DNA of 64,000 nucleotides from a virus: the IMG/VR virus record IMGVR_UViG_3300020456_000005; one strand, 5' to 3'. Position 1 is the stretch's first letter; each line of letters opens with the position of its first letter. Shown in pieces: positions 19,971 to 30,349 of this stretch. Under the pieces are notes generated by a model, which saw nothing but the letters and a program-made list of their open reading frames with translations, made no database searches and was not told the DNA's origin. The position numbers were made by a program, and so were the translations under genes.

Positions 19971-21674
19971 ATGAGTCAGTTATTTGGCTTTCAAATTAAT
20001 CGTAAGGAGGGTCAGAAGGGTCAGTCCCCTGTCCCTCCTTCTGCTGACGAGCCAGTCTCTATTGCCGCAGGCGGTTATTTTGGAACATATGTAGACACAG
20101 ACGCTACTGCAAGGAATGAGTTTGAACTCATTCGTAGGTATAGAGACATGTCTCTACACCCAGAAGTAGACTCTGCTGTAGATGAAATTGTGAATGAATT
20201 TGTGGTTAGCGATGCTAATGACAGTTGTGTTGAGGTTGATCTTAACAACTTAGAAGTTGGAGCGGGAGTTAAGAAAAAAATTCGTGACGAGTTTGACAAG
20301 ATCAAACAGATGTTGAATTTTGACAATCGTGCTCATGAAATTATTCGTAGTTGGTATATTGACGGAAAGTTATTTTATCATAAAGTAATTGATTTAGATA
20401 ATCCAAAGAAAGGTATTACTGAACTTCGTTATATTGACCCACTAAAGATTCGTAAAGTAAGACAAAAACTCAGTAAGGGTTCTGATGACCCTAGAGTAAA
20501 TAGAGCATTGAAAGGTACTGCACTGGAGTATGAATGGGGGCAGTACATTGACTATTTCCTATACAATCCCAAAGGATATCTAAGAGGCGGAGCACTCGGT
20601 CCTATTGGAGATATGTCCAACTCCCAAGGAATTAAGATTGCTGCAGATTCAATTGCATTCTGTTCCTCTGGAGTTCAAGATCTTAACAAGAGAATGCATT
20701 TGAGTTTCCTACACAAAGGAATCAAGTCACTCAATCAACTTAGAATGATTGAGGATGCTCTGGTTATTTACAGATTGTCACGCGCACCTGAGCGTAGGAT
20801 TTTCTATATTGATGTAGGTAATTTACCTAAGGTAAAAGCGGAACAGTATCTCCGTGATGTTATGAGTCGCTATCGTAACAAGCTAGTGTATGACGCAAAC
20901 ACTGGTGAGATTCGTGATGACAAAAAACACATGAGTATGCTAGAGGATTTTTGGTTGCCTCGTAGAGAGGGTGGTCGCGGAACTGAGATCACTACACTGC
21001 CAGGTGGACAAAACCTAGGCGAACTCAAAGATGTTGAGTATTTTAAGAAGAAGCTTTATAACAGCCTCAATCTTCCTCCTTCCCGTCTCACCGACGATAA
21101 TAAAGGATTCAACCTCGGTAAAACCACTGAAGTCCTTAGAGACGAACTTAAGTTCACAAAGTTCATCGGTAGACTACGTAAAAGATTTGGTGAACTCTTT
21201 CACGATATTCTTAAAACGCAACTCATTCTTAAAGGAGTAATTTCTCCTGAAGATTGGGATGATATGAAGGAGCATATTCAATATGACTTCTTGTTTGATA
21301 ACCATTTCAATGAGTTAAAAGAACAAGAACTAATGACACAGCGCATTGCTCTTGCAACTCAGATGGATCCATTTGTTGGTAAGTATTTCTCAATTGAACA
21401 TATTCGTAGACAAATTCTACAACAGAATGAGAAGGAATATAAGGAAATTGAAAAACAAATGAAGAATGAAATTGATGCTGGTCTAGCAATGAATCCATCT
21501 GATGTTAATACATTTGACATGATGGATCGCCAGAATGCTGCATTTGCTCCTGAAATTGCAGCGCAACAAGCTGATGACTCTCACGAACGAGAGCAAGAAA
21601 AAGCAGACGACGCGCATCAAAAACAATTGCAAATGGCGAAAGCGCAACCTAAACCTTCTTCTAATACTAAATAA
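19971..21674 (+). CDS. g20: Portal protein gp20
   Basis: YRLSRAPERRIFYIDVGNLPK, EDFWLPRREGGRGTEITTLPG. Confidence 0.98.
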   Translation: MSQLFGFQINRKEGQKGQSPVPPSADEPVSIAAGGYFGTYVDTDATARNEFELIRRYRDMSLHPEVDSAVDEIVNEFVVSDANDSCVEVDLNNLEVGAGVKKKIRDEFDKIKQMLNFDNRAHEIIRSWYIDGKLFYHKVIDLDNPKKGITELRYIDPLKIRKVRQKLSKGSDDPRVNRALKGTALEYEWGQYIDYFLYNPKGYLRGGALGPIGDMSNSQGIKIAADSIAFCSSGVQDLNKRMHLSFLHKGIKSLNQLRMIEDALVIYRLSRAPERRIFYIDVGNLPKVKAEQYLRDVMSRYRNKLVYDANTGEIRDDKKHMSMLEDFWLPRREGGRGTEITTLPGGQNLGELKDVEYFKKKLYNSLNLPPSRLTDDNKGFNLGKTTEVLRDELKFTKFIGRLRKRFGELFHDILKTQLILKGVISPEDWDDMKEHIQYDFLFDNHFNELKEQELMTQRIALATQMDPFVGKYFSIEHIRRQILQQNEKEYKEIEKQMKNEIDAGLAMNPSDVNTFDMMDRQNAAFAPEIAAQQADDSHEREQEKADDAHQKQLQMAKAQPKPSSNTK

Positions 21675-21684
21675 AGAATAAGTC

Positions 21685-21906
21685 ATGGAAAACAAAATGG
21701 ATCAGGCAAACCCTGAAGCGGAAGTGATGAATATTGTAACTGCTATTGCAGACAATGAAAGGTCTAAAGCAATTGATGCCATCCAAGATTTGCTTTATGC
21801 AAAGGCATCAGAAACTCTGTCTACTTATAAACAGGGTGTAGCAAAGACTTACTTTGATGAACCAGTAGATACGGAAACTAATGAAACTGATAACGGAACA
21901 GATTGA
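21685..21906 (+). CDS. Small prohead-core-like protein
   Basis: Acidic 73 aa between g20 and g21 (T4 g67/g68 position). Confidence 0.55.
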   Translation: MENKMDQANPEAEVMNIVTAIADNERSKAIDAIQDLLYAKASETLSTYKQGVAKTYFDEPVDTETNETDNGTD

Positions 21907-22525
21907 AGATGTACATGTCATCACCGAAGGAACTGGTGATGATAAAAAATTGTACATTGAAGGTGTCTTTCTTCAGTCCGAACTGAAGAATAGGAACGGT
22001 CGTGTATATCCATTTCAAGTTCTAGAACGTGAGGTTGGACGTTACAATGAAGAGTATGTTAAAACTAAGCGTGCTCTCGGTGAGTTGGGTCATCCTGATG
22101 GTCCTACTGTCAACCTTGATAGAGTTTCCCACAGAATTACCGAACTTAGAGCAGAAGGTAATAACTTTATGGGCAAAGCCCAAATCCTAGACACACCTAT
22201 GGGAAAGATTGCAAAATCTCTCTTAGGTGAAGGTGTACAACTTGGTGTATCATCACGCGGAATGGGAAGTATTGACAAACGTGAAGACACCGCGTATGTC
22301 ATGGACGACTTCATGCTAGCAACAGCAGCAGATATCGTTGCAGATCCTTCTGCCCCAGACGCTTTCGTCAATGGAATTATGGAAGGTAAAGAGTGGGTTT
22401 GGGACAACGGAATCCTTAAGGAGTCCGAGGTTGCTAAATATCAACGTTACATGAGTGATTCTACTCGTAAAAACCTAGAGGAGAGAACGCTTCAAGTGTT
22501 CCAAAACTTCCTCGCAGGTTTGTAA
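21881..22525 (+). CDS. g21: Prohead protease gp21
   Basis: MKLITE, GELGHP, GVSSRG, DIVADPSAP. Confidence 0.97.
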   Translation: MKLITEQIEDVHVITEGTGDDKKLYIEGVFLQSELKNRNGRVYPFQVLEREVGRYNEEYVKTKRALGELGHPDGPTVNLDRVSHRITELRAEGNNFMGKAQILDTPMGKIAKSLLGEGVQLGVSSRGMGSIDKREDTAYVMDDFMLATAADIVADPSAPDAFVNGIMEGKEWVWDNGILKESEVAKYQRYMSDSTRKNLEERTLQVFQNFLAGL

Positions 22526-22574
22526 TTTAATAAATAAACAATAGATAATCATAAGATTTACGGAAGGACTCAAA

Positions 22575-23747
22575 ATGTCAGACATGTTAAACGAAAAGTT
22601 TGAGGAGTTTCTGAGCGGACAGCAAGTCGTTATGGAAGCGGGAGCGGATCCCATGCCTCGTGTATCTGCTTCAGTAATTCCTGGTACAGGCTCAGATCCC
22701 TCGGCAGTTTCGGGTGATCCACAACAACGTGGAAGTGGTAAAGATGAACCATCTGGTTCTTCACCAACTGTTCCACCTTCAGTTGCTAACGGACAGTCAG
22801 TAACAGATCTCGGTGGTTCACAGTCCGAACCTCTTCATTCTAATAAAGAAGAAGGCGAGGAGAATCCTGGCGCTAAAGCAGCAGCACCCGTCTCACAAGA
22901 TGGTAGTGTTACTTCAACATCAGGCAAGCCTGGTGACGAAGCAGGTGCTAATTCCCTAGGCGCGGAAATCGCTTATGGAACTGGCAAAGGTCCTGATGTT
23001 TCTTATCCTATCAAACCAGCATTTGAAGAGCTGGATATGTCCTCCGACATTAGTGCCCTATTAGAAGGCACTGAACTCTCCGAAGAATTTGCAGAGAAAG
23101 CAAAAACCATCTTTGAGGCAGCAGTCAAAGCAAAGATCTCCGAAGAGTATGACAAGCTTGTAGAGCATTTCGGTAAAGAATTAGAGAAGCAACTAACATC
23201 TGCTAAAGCAGATCTCTCTGAGGAAGTTAACGGAACTGTAAACTACGCAGTCACTCAATGGCTAGAAGAAAATCAAGTAGCTGTTGATCGTGGCATCAGA
23301 AATGAGATCACTACAGACTTCATTGCAGGTCTTAAAGGTCTCTTTGAAGAGCACTACATCTCTATCCCCGACGACAAGGTTGACGTGGTAGAGGGTATGG
23401 CTGAATCTATTCGTGAGATGGAAGAGCGCCTAGACGAACAGGTCAAGGCAAATGTGAAACTACAAAATCGTCTTAATGAGTCTGCCAAACTCAATATTCT
23501 GTCCACTGTGTCAGAAGGACTCGCAGATACTCAGAAAGAAAAACTCGCAGCACTTGCTGAGGGTCTTGAGTATGTAACTGAAGAGGACTTTACCAAGAAG
23601 GTTAAAACCATCAAGGAGTCATACTTCAAAGAATCAGTTGCTACTCCCGCAGCAGAAGTTGCAGATGAAACTCCAGTTGAAGGATTAAGCGAAGAGGTAA
23701 CACCAGCAATGGCACAATACCTCAGCGCACTCAATCGCTGGAAGTGA
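22575..23747 (+). CDS. g22: Prohead core scaffold gp22
   Basis: TIFEAAV, WLEEN; coiled coil; synteny. Confidence 0.92.
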   Translation: MSDMLNEKFEEFLSGQQVVMEAGADPMPRVSASVIPGTGSDPSAVSGDPQQRGSGKDEPSGSSPTVPPSVANGQSVTDLGGSQSEPLHSNKEEGEENPGAKAAAPVSQDGSVTSTSGKPGDEAGANSLGAEIAYGTGKGPDVSYPIKPAFEELDMSSDISALLEGTELSEEFAEKAKTIFEAAVKAKISEEYDKLVEHFGKELEKQLTSAKADLSEEVNGTVNYAVTQWLEENQVAVDRGIRNEITTDFIAGLKGLFEEHYISIPDDKVDVVEGMAESIREMEERLDEQVKANVKLQNRLNESAKLNILSTVSEGLADTQKEKLAALAEGLEYVTEEDFTKKVKTIKESYFKESVATPAAEVADETPVEGLSEEVTPAMAQYLSALNRWK

Positions 23748-23784
23748 TTATTATCAAACCCTATTTTTCCAAACGGAGCTAAAA

Positions 23785-25170
23785 ATGTTTAATGCAGAAG
23801 CTCTAACAGAAAAGTGGAAACCTGTTCTAGGTCATGAGAGCGCAGGCGCTATCAAAGACAATTATAGAAAGGCTGTTACCGCTGTTCTGTTAGAAAACCA
23901 AGAAAGATTCATGCGCGAAGAGCGTGGCATGATCAACGAAGCAGGTGGTGCAGCAGGTAACTCTGTTGGCGCTATCGGCGGCAACGCTCTTTCAGGTTCA
24001 GGTCTAACCACCCAAACTGGTGGTCTTGCTGGATTTGACCCTGTAATGATCAGCCTCATCCGTCGTGCAATGCCTAACCTCATTGCTTATGACATCTGTG
24101 GCGTTCAACCAATGTCTGGTCCTACTGGACTAATCTTCGCAATGAAGTCTCACTACGAAGGTCGTGACGGTGCTGAAGCACTATACAACGAGCCTGACAG
24201 CGACTTCTCTGCAGGATACGATGCAACTGCAAATGCATACGATACTGCTAATCCAGTTGCAGGCAGCAATCCTGGTCTTCTTAATGACTCTGGCACTTAC
24301 GACCGTGGCGTTAAGCCAATGGCACGTGAGGACGCTGAGGCACTAGGAGAAAGCGGAAAGCTGTTCAGAGAAATGTCATTCAGCATTGAGAAGACTGCTG
24401 TGACTGCACAGTCCAGAGCTCTCAAAGCAGAATACACTCTAGAATTGGCACAAGACCTCAAGGCAATTCATGGTCTTGATGCTGAGCAAGAACTTGCTAA
24501 CATTCTGTCTAGCGAGATCCTTGCTGAGATCAACCGTGAAGTTGTTCGTACTGTATACACCATCGCTAAGCCTGGTGCTCAGAACAACACTGCTAACGCT
24601 GGTCGCTTTGACCTTGACGTTGACTCCAACGGCAGATGGTCAGTTGAAAAATTCAAGGGACTTATGTTCCAGATTGAGAGAGATGCAAACGCAATCGCTC
24701 AAGAGACTCGTAGAGGAAAGGGCAACTTCATCATCACTTCTGCTGATGTTGCTTCTGCTCTCGCGATGTCTGGTACACTAGACTACACTTCAGGTCTAAC
24801 TGGTGCTGGTGGTCCTTCCATCGGTGAAGTTGATGACACTGGTAACCTTCTAGTTGGAACCATGAACGGACGCATTAAGGTCTTCGTTGATCCTTACTCT
24901 GCTAACGTTTCCAACTCCCACTACTACGTAGTTGGTTATAAGGGTACTTCCCCTTATGATTCAGGTCTGTTCTATTGCCCATACGTACCTCTCCAGATGG
25001 TTCGTTCCATCGGTCCTGATACCTTCCAACCAAAAATTGGATTCAAGACCCGTTACGGCATGGTCGCTAACCCATTCGTCCGCAAGGCAAATGGTGATCC
25101 TGATGCTGAGGCACTTACTGCTTCACGTAACCAGTACTACAGAAGAGTCAAGGTTGAAAACCTTATGTGA
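23785..25170 (+). CDS. g23: Major capsid protein gp23
   Basis: GVQPMSGPTGLIFA, ELAQDLKAIHGLDAE, FQPKIGFKTRYG. Confidence 0.98.
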   Translation: MFNAEALTEKWKPVLGHESAGAIKDNYRKAVTAVLLENQERFMREERGMINEAGGAAGNSVGAIGGNALSGSGLTTQTGGLAGFDPVMISLIRRAMPNLIAYDICGVQPMSGPTGLIFAMKSHYEGRDGAEALYNEPDSDFSAGYDATANAYDTANPVAGSNPGLLNDSGTYDRGVKPMAREDAEALGESGKLFREMSFSIEKTAVTAQSRALKAEYTLELAQDLKAIHGLDAEQELANILSSEILAEINREVVRTVYTIAKPGAQNNTANAGRFDLDVDSNGRWSVEKFKGLMFQIERDANAIAQETRRGKGNFIITSADVASALAMSGTLDYTSGLTGAGGPSIGEVDDTGNLLVGTMNGRIKVFVDPYSANVSNSHYYVVGYKGTSPYDSGLFYCPYVPLQMVRSIGPDTFQPKIGFKTRYGMVANPFVRKANGDPDAEALTASRNQYYRRVKVENLM

Positions 25171-25191
25171 TCAATTCACGACAATTCTTTC

Positions 25192-25218
25192 GGGGACCTG
25201 CAAGGTCCCCTTTTTTTT
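25192..25218 (+). terminator. Rho-independent terminator after g23
   Basis: GGGGACCT-GCA-AGGTCCCC followed by T8. Confidence 0.9.
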
Positions 25219-25248
25219 GCTTAAATAGTATTAGTTACGAATGAATAC

Positions 25249-25413
25249 ATGGGACGTGGGAGACTGCTAAAGATTGACATTCAAGCAAGAGTACTTAAAT
25301 TAAAAAACGAATTACACGAAGGTAGATATCATGGTGCAACCAAAGAATGGATGGAGGGATCTCACTATCAATTAAATCAAGTTCTGAACATTATAGAAGA
25401 GTATAGCTGTTAA
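25249..25413 (+). CDS. Small hypothetical protein (54 aa)
   Basis: Manual translation MGRGRLLKIDIQARVLKLKNEL...; TAATG coupling to next ORF. Confidence 0.6.
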   Translation: MGRGRLLKIDIQARVLKLKNELHEGRYHGATKEWMEGSHYQLNQVLNIIEEYSC

Positions 25414-25580
25414 TGAACCCAGACGATAAGAGAGAATTTTATAAAGGTCTACGGGAAAGAATTAAACAACTGAGGATGGGTCACCTTTTTGAAGAACCCT
25501 GTCCTCTATACGAACCAGAGTGGGAGGAAGACCATTGCTGGGATTGTAGATTAACTTACGATCAAGATGACGACGAATGA
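25413..25580 (+). CDS. Small hypothetical protein (55 aa)
   Basis: Manual translation MNPDDKREFYKGLRERIKQLRMGHLFEEPCPLYEPE...; coupled on both sides. Confidence 0.6.
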   Translation: MNPDDKREFYKGLRERIKQLRMGHLFEEPCPLYEPEWEEDHCWDCRLTYDQDDDE

Positions 25581-25789
25581 AATCACAATACACACTAATA
25601 CTTTGTTTTACACCACTAGTAGTCATCTACATAGTGATGAAATTTGCTGTATGGATGAGTGCCGTAAATGTTGAGGCGGATTATGTCAGAAAAGAACCTC
25701 TACGAAAACGAGGACCCTTTGTGGAGAACCCGTATGAAGACGTTGATGAAGAAGAAGAGGAATATGGAGATCGCACAGATTATAGATGA
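25577..25789 (+). CDS. Small membrane protein
   Basis: N-terminal TM helix, acidic tail; ATGA coupling. Confidence 0.6.
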   Translation: MKSQYTLILCFTPLVVIYIVMKFAVWMSAVNVEADYVRKEPLRKRGPFVENPYEDVDEEEEEYGDRTDYR

Positions 25790-25910
25790 AGCATTAGAAG
25801 AACATTATGCAGAGTTAGGACTTCCAGTTCCTGTTTGGAAGAGAGAGAAAAATCCTCAGTGGTGGGTTGAATATCTTATTGAACTAGGTCTTGATCCAGA
25901 GAACCCATAA
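25764..25910 (+). CDS. Small hypothetical protein
   Basis: MEIAQIIDEAL..NPQWW; GAGGA upstream of ATG 25764. Confidence 0.55.
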   Translation: MEIAQIIDEALEEHYAELGLPVPVWKREKNPQWWVEYLIELGLDPENP

Positions 25911-25934
25911 ATACTTATAGCTTGGGAAGTTGAC

Positions 25935-26450
25935 ATGCCTGCTGAATGGTATAAAGAACAAATTGTTAATCGCAATTTTTTATCCCCCGTTGGGTTTAAG
26001 TTAGATCTTGAAATCTTTCGCGGGGTAGATTTCTTTTGCCAATCAGCAAGTATTCCAGAAATCTCAATGCCATTTGCTGAAGTTCCAACTCCATATAGAA
26101 ACATTGCTATCACTCCAAGTGGTGGAGTTTCTTATGGCGATTTGAACGTACGTTTTATTATTGATGAGGAGTTAGTCAACTACCTTTCAATTCATAATTG
26201 GATTACTGAGTATGGTTTAGCTGACGGTAGATCTACTTCCGCTGACCAGTATTCTTCAGCTAGACTATTTGTTATGACTTCTCATAATAATGCTAATCAT
26301 ATTGTAGAGTTTAAAAACCTATTCCCAGTCTCCTTGTCTGGTGTTCCTTTTGATGCTACAGTAGGAGATGTAGAATATTTACTAGCAGACGTAACATTTA
26401 AGTACGAAAAATATACTATACGTGATACAAACTTTAAAGAACGTACATGA
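25935..26450 (+). CDS. g3: Tail tube terminator gp3
   Basis: NRNFLSPVGFK, FFCQSASIP, FIIDEEL.NY; position between g23 and uvsY. Confidence 0.8.
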   Translation: MPAEWYKEQIVNRNFLSPVGFKLDLEIFRGVDFFCQSASIPEISMPFAEVPTPYRNIAITPSGGVSYGDLNVRFIIDEELVNYLSIHNWITEYGLADGRSTSADQYSSARLFVMTSHNNANHIVEFKNLFPVSLSGVPFDATVGDVEYLLADVTFKYEKYTIRDTNFKERT

Positions 26451-26920
26451 ATTTTGAAACTCTTCGTAATAAATTTGAAAAACTGAGAGAAGATTGGGCA
26501 GAAGATTCTGCAGTTGACTTTCAATTCAAGAACAAACAATATAGCACAGATCTGGGACAACTCGCTTTAGACATCCCTTTTCAGCATAATAAATACTTAA
26601 ACCACTACACTGACATTCAGCAGATCAAAACTTCTTTAGAGTTTGAGATCCGTAAAACGGTAAGAGAGAAGCGTGAGTATTACTCTGGCGAGGCAGACGC
26701 TAAGACATACGCCGCTAAACCATTTGGATCATCTATTAAGACTTCTGAAAAAATGAAAGTTTATCTAGAGTCTGATGAGGAAATCATCAACCTAGAAGCA
26801 AAAATTAAATACTTAGATCAGATGCTTTACTGGTTAGATCAAGTTATGAAACAAATCTCTAATAGAGGTTTTCAAATCAAGAGTGCAATTGAGTGGGAAA
26901 AATTTGTTAATGGACAGTAA
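26447..26920 (+). CDS. uvsY: Recombination mediator UvsY
   Basis: HNKYL, EYYSG, NRGFQIKSAIEW. Confidence 0.88.
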   Translation: MNFETLRNKFEKLREDWAEDSAVDFQFKNKQYSTDLGQLALDIPFQHNKYLNHYTDIQQIKTSLEFEIRKTVREKREYYSGEADAKTYAAKPFGSSIKTSEKMKVYLESDEEIINLEAKIKYLDQMLYWLDQVMKQISNRGFQIKSAIEWEKFVNGQ

Positions 26921-27486
26921 TGAAATTTGGTAATCCTCTTGTTAAATTTAAATTGAATGATCACGATCTTTCAATTCTTGAAAATGCGATTCACACACAT
27001 TCACTGATGCCAGGTGAATCAAGTCATCAGGACTTAAGAAAATGTGAGATTGATTGGATTGAAAATTTAGATCTTAGAAATTTATTATTAACTCTTTGCC
27101 ATCAGGCAAATGTAAATGCGGAATGGAATCTTCAAATTTTAGGAGCTGAAGGTTTACAGTATACAGTCTACAATGAAGGAGATCATTACAATTGGCATGT
27201 TGATTGTCAAGGGCATCTAAGATCTCAAATGATGGGTATGTGTCCAGATACTCCTATCAGAAAAATAAGTCTTACAGTATTTTTAAATGACCCTGAAGAA
27301 TATGAAGGTGGTGAATTAGAACTAGAACTCTATGGACCTTTAGCGGAAGAAAGGAGTGTAAAATTTAAAGAACCTAAAGGAACAGTTATATTTTTTCCAT
27401 CAGATACTTGGCACAAAGTTAATCCAGTAACTTCTGGAGTTAGAAAATCGTTAGTAACTTGGTTTGGCGGAAGTCCGTATGTCTAA
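26920..27486 (+). CDS. 2OG-Fe(II) oxygenase (prolyl-4-hydroxylase-like)
   Basis: WHVD, YEGGEL, FPS..WHKV.PV..G.RKSLV.W. Confidence 0.88.
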   Translation: MKFGNPLVKFKLNDHDLSILENAIHTHSLMPGESSHQDLRKCEIDWIENLDLRNLLLTLCHQANVNAEWNLQILGAEGLQYTVYNEGDHYNWHVDCQGHLRSQMMGMCPDTPIRKISLTVFLNDPEEYEGGELELELYGPLAEERSVKFKEPKGTVIFFPSDTWHKVNPVTSGVRKSLVTWFGGSPYV

Positions 27487-28948
27487 TCTAATTGTAAAAA
27501 AGAAGAACGAAGTTTACATTACTATCAATTCAAAAGAACCTCATGTCCATCATGAGTTAGCAGACTACTTTACATTTGAAGTTCCTGAAGCTAAGTTCTT
27601 AAAAAAGAATCCCAGATACAAATACTGGGATGGAACTATCAGATTGTATTCTCCTGGTACAGGTGAATTGTATCATGGTCTTATGAGACACTTACAAGTG
27701 TGGGCATATGAAAGACAATACAATATTGAATACGAAAAGAATGAATGGTACGGAGAAGTTGAAGATACTAATGATTTTGTATCTCCTGCTGGTATCAAAA
27801 CTTTTATGGATAAAATTATCCGTACAGAAATTAAACCAAGACCTTATCAATATAAGGCAGTATACGAAGCTATTAAATATAATCGTAAACTTTTACTTTC
27901 GCCTACGGGTAGTGGAAAATCTTTGATGATCTACTCCCTCGTGAGATACTACACTGCTACCAGCAAGAAGACGCTCATCATCGTCCCTACTACGTCCCTC
28001 GTGGAACAGATGGTCAATGACTTTAATGATTACGGGTGGAACGCGGATGACCATGTGCATAAAATTTATTCGGGCAAGGATAAAAATACGGATAAACCAA
28101 TTATTATTTCAACCTGGCAATCAATCTATAAGTTCCCCAAAAGATACTTTGATGATATTGACTGTGTTATCGGTGATGAAGCACACCTGTTTAAGTCAAA
28201 ATCCCTCACGGGAATCATGACCAAATTACACAACGCCAAGTATCGTTTTGGTTTTACTGGAACATTAGATGGAACCAAGACTCATAAATGGGTACTTGAA
28301 GGATTGTTTGGTGATTGTGAGCAAGTCACGAAGACAGATGATCTAATCAAGTCAGGTTATCTATCTAAGTTTAGGATTAAAATCCTACTTTGTAAACATG
28401 CTCCTCAGCATTTTGACACATATCATGATGAGATGGAGTATCTTGTAGGACATAAAGGTAGAAACAATCTGATTAAAAATTTAGTTAATGATATAAAAGG
28501 CAATACCCTTGTTCTTTTTAACTACATTGAAAAGCATGGTGAACCTCTTCATGATCTAATAAATAATACTGTAGATTCCAAACGAAAAGTCTTTTTCGTT
28601 CATGGCGGAACTGATGTAGAAGATAGGGAAGAAGTTCGTCAAATCACTGAAACTGAAGACAATGCTATAATCATTGCTTCTTACGGAACCTTCTCTACAG
28701 GAATTAACATTAAAAGATTGCACAATATTATTTTCGCCTCGCCAAGTAAATCACGTATACGTAACCTTCAATCTATTGGACGTGTTCTAAGAAAAGGTGA
28801 TGGCAAAGACATGGCAACATTATACGATATCGCTGATGACATCGGCGGTCAAAATTACACCTTGAGACATCTTAATGAAAGAGTCAACATTTATAATGAC
28901 GAAAACTTTAAGTATGAGGTTATAAAAGTAAACCTTAGAGCAAATTAA
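27479..28948 (+). CDS. uvsW: UvsW helicase
   Basis: PTGSGKS, DEAH, QSIGRVLR. Confidence 0.95.
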   Translation: MSNLIVKKKNEVYITINSKEPHVHHELADYFTFEVPEAKFLKKNPRYKYWDGTIRLYSPGTGELYHGLMRHLQVWAYERQYNIEYEKNEWYGEVEDTNDFVSPAGIKTFMDKIIRTEIKPRPYQYKAVYEAIKYNRKLLLSPTGSGKSLMIYSLVRYYTATSKKTLIIVPTTSLVEQMVNDFNDYGWNADDHVHKIYSGKDKNTDKPIIISTWQSIYKFPKRYFDDIDCVIGDEAHLFKSKSLTGIMTKLHNAKYRFGFTGTLDGTKTHKWVLEGLFGDCEQVTKTDDLIKSGYLSKFRIKILLCKHAPQHFDTYHDEMEYLVGHKGRNNLIKNLVNDIKGNTLVLFNYIEKHGEPLHDLINNTVDSKRKVFFVHGGTDVEDREEVRQITETEDNAIIIASYGTFSTGINIKRLHNIIFASPSKSRIRNLQSIGRVLRKGDGKDMATLYDIADDIGGQNYTLRHLNERVNIYNDENFKYEVIKVNLRAN

Positions 28949-28950
28949 AT

Positions 28951-29361
28951 ATGGAAGAAGAATTCCTAGCAACTATGAAATTAGTTACTGGAGAAGAAAT
29001 AATTTCAAAAGTTTCTTACATGCCAGATGACGACAGTCTTGTACTAGAAAATCCTATGGAAGTTACGTATGTAGATAATCAAAGAAGGAATATAAAGGTA
29101 CAAGGATTTTCTTTAACTGAATGGATTAAATCTACTTTTGATCATATGTTTGTTTTACCTAAACAACACATCATTACAATGACAGAAGTTGAAGACAAAA
29201 GAATTGAAAAGTTTTATACTGAATCAGTTAGAAGACATATTACACAACTAAATTCATTTAGAGAATCGTTTGAACCTCAAAAGTTTTCCCGCCAAATGGG
29301 GCACCTAGGTTCTATCAAAGAAACTAAGACCAAACTAGAGGATCTGTTTAAGAGAAGCTAA
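28951..29361 (+). CDS. Conserved hypothetical protein (possibly Sm-like fold)
   Basis: KLVTGEEII N-terminus; position between uvsW and g55. Confidence 0.65.
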   Translation: MEEEFLATMKLVTGEEIISKVSYMPDDDSLVLENPMEVTYVDNQRRNIKVQGFSLTEWIKSTFDHMFVLPKQHIITMTEVEDKRIEKFYTESVRRHITQLNSFRESFEPQKFSRQMGHLGSIKETKTKLEDLFKRS

Positions 29362-29417
29362 AAGCTACAACTTCTCTTGAACCCTTACAGAGTTAGTCTA
29401 CTGGGTTTATCAGGTCT

Positions 29418-29454
29418 TGTCAAGCTTGACATTTTTTGTATGTTGAATTACAAT
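29418..29454 (+). promoter_or_regulatory. Sigma70-like early promoter for g55
   Basis: TTGACA 29426-29431, 17-nt spacer, TACAAT 29449-29454; -35 inside palindrome TGTCAAGCTTGACA. Confidence 0.75.
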
Positions 29455-29476
29455 AAAATCATCACACAAACCTCTC

Positions 29477-29965
29477 ATGAAGAAAAAGACAGAATACTAT
29501 GTCAATAACAAGGAGTTCTTAGAGGCGATCACTGTTTATCGTAACCGCGTCCTCGCGGCTAAGGAAGACGGTAAAGATAGACCTAGAGTTCCTAATTATA
29601 TTGGAGAGTGCTTTTTAAAGATTGCTACACACTTATCATACAAACCAAATTTTGTCAACTACATGTTCCGTGAGGACATGATTTGTGATGGCATTGAGAA
29701 CTGCCTTCAGTATATTGATAACTTTAATCCAGAAAAGTCTTCCAACCCATTTGCATACTTCACTCAAATCATTTACTATGCATTCCTTCGCAGGATTCAG
29801 AAGGAGAAGAAGCAAATGGAAATTAAAAATAAAATCTTAGAAAGATCTGGTTACGATGAAGTTATGCATACTGATACCTACTCTGGTGATATGCAAGGAA
29901 TGAACGCTTCATCCTCAGACATGGGCAGTATTAAAGAAAATATTGAAATTAAGATGAATCGCTGA
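29477..29965 (+). CDS. g55: Late transcription sigma factor gp55
   Basis: YVNNKEFL, NPFAYFTQIIYYAFLRRIQKEK. Confidence 0.96.
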   Translation: MKKKTEYYVNNKEFLEAITVYRNRVLAAKEDGKDRPRVPNYIGECFLKIATHLSYKPNFVNYMFREDMICDGIENCLQYIDNFNPEKSSNPFAYFTQIIYYAFLRRIQKEKKQMEIKNKILERSGYDEVMHTDTYSGDMQGMNASSSDMGSIKENIEIKMNR

Positions 29966-30135
29966 TGCCTGATCCGAATGCCTTATATGATGACATGGAG
30001 AAATTAAATGCTCTCTATGAAGAACTCTGTTGGGACCATGATGATGAACTGGTCTTTACTCATGATGGAGTTGAAGTTATAATTTATAATAAGACTAAAG
30101 AAAATGAACGAGCACCCCGAAATCGCAGAACATGA
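29965..30135 (+). CDS. Small hypothetical protein (56 aa)
   Basis: Manual translation MPDPNALYDDMEKLNALYEELCW...; TGATG coupling. Confidence 0.55.
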   Translation: MPDPNALYDDMEKLNALYEELCWDHDDELVFTHDGVEVIIYNKTKENERAPRNRRT

Positions 30136-30349
30136 ATGGTTTGAAACACCCTATGGAACTTTCCGTGTTGAGGAAAAACGATTTGGAACGTGGACTAGCT
30201 ATAGTAAGGAAGGTGAGGGACTCGTCACCGCACTTACGAGGGAAGTTTGTATTTCAGGAACGAAATTCCACTTGGAAGGTGTCGCAACCAACTGGGCAAA
30301 TGCTAGATCGTCTAAACCTTTTGACGGAACAGTGGGAGGAAAGCTATGA
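30104..30349 (+). CDS. Hypothetical protein
   Basis: ATGA overlap with g47; C-terminus GTVGGKL. Confidence 0.65.
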   Translation: MNEHPEIAEHEWFETPYGTFRVEEKRFGTWTSYSKEGEGLVTALTREVCISGTKFHLEGVATNWANARSSKPFDGTVGGKL

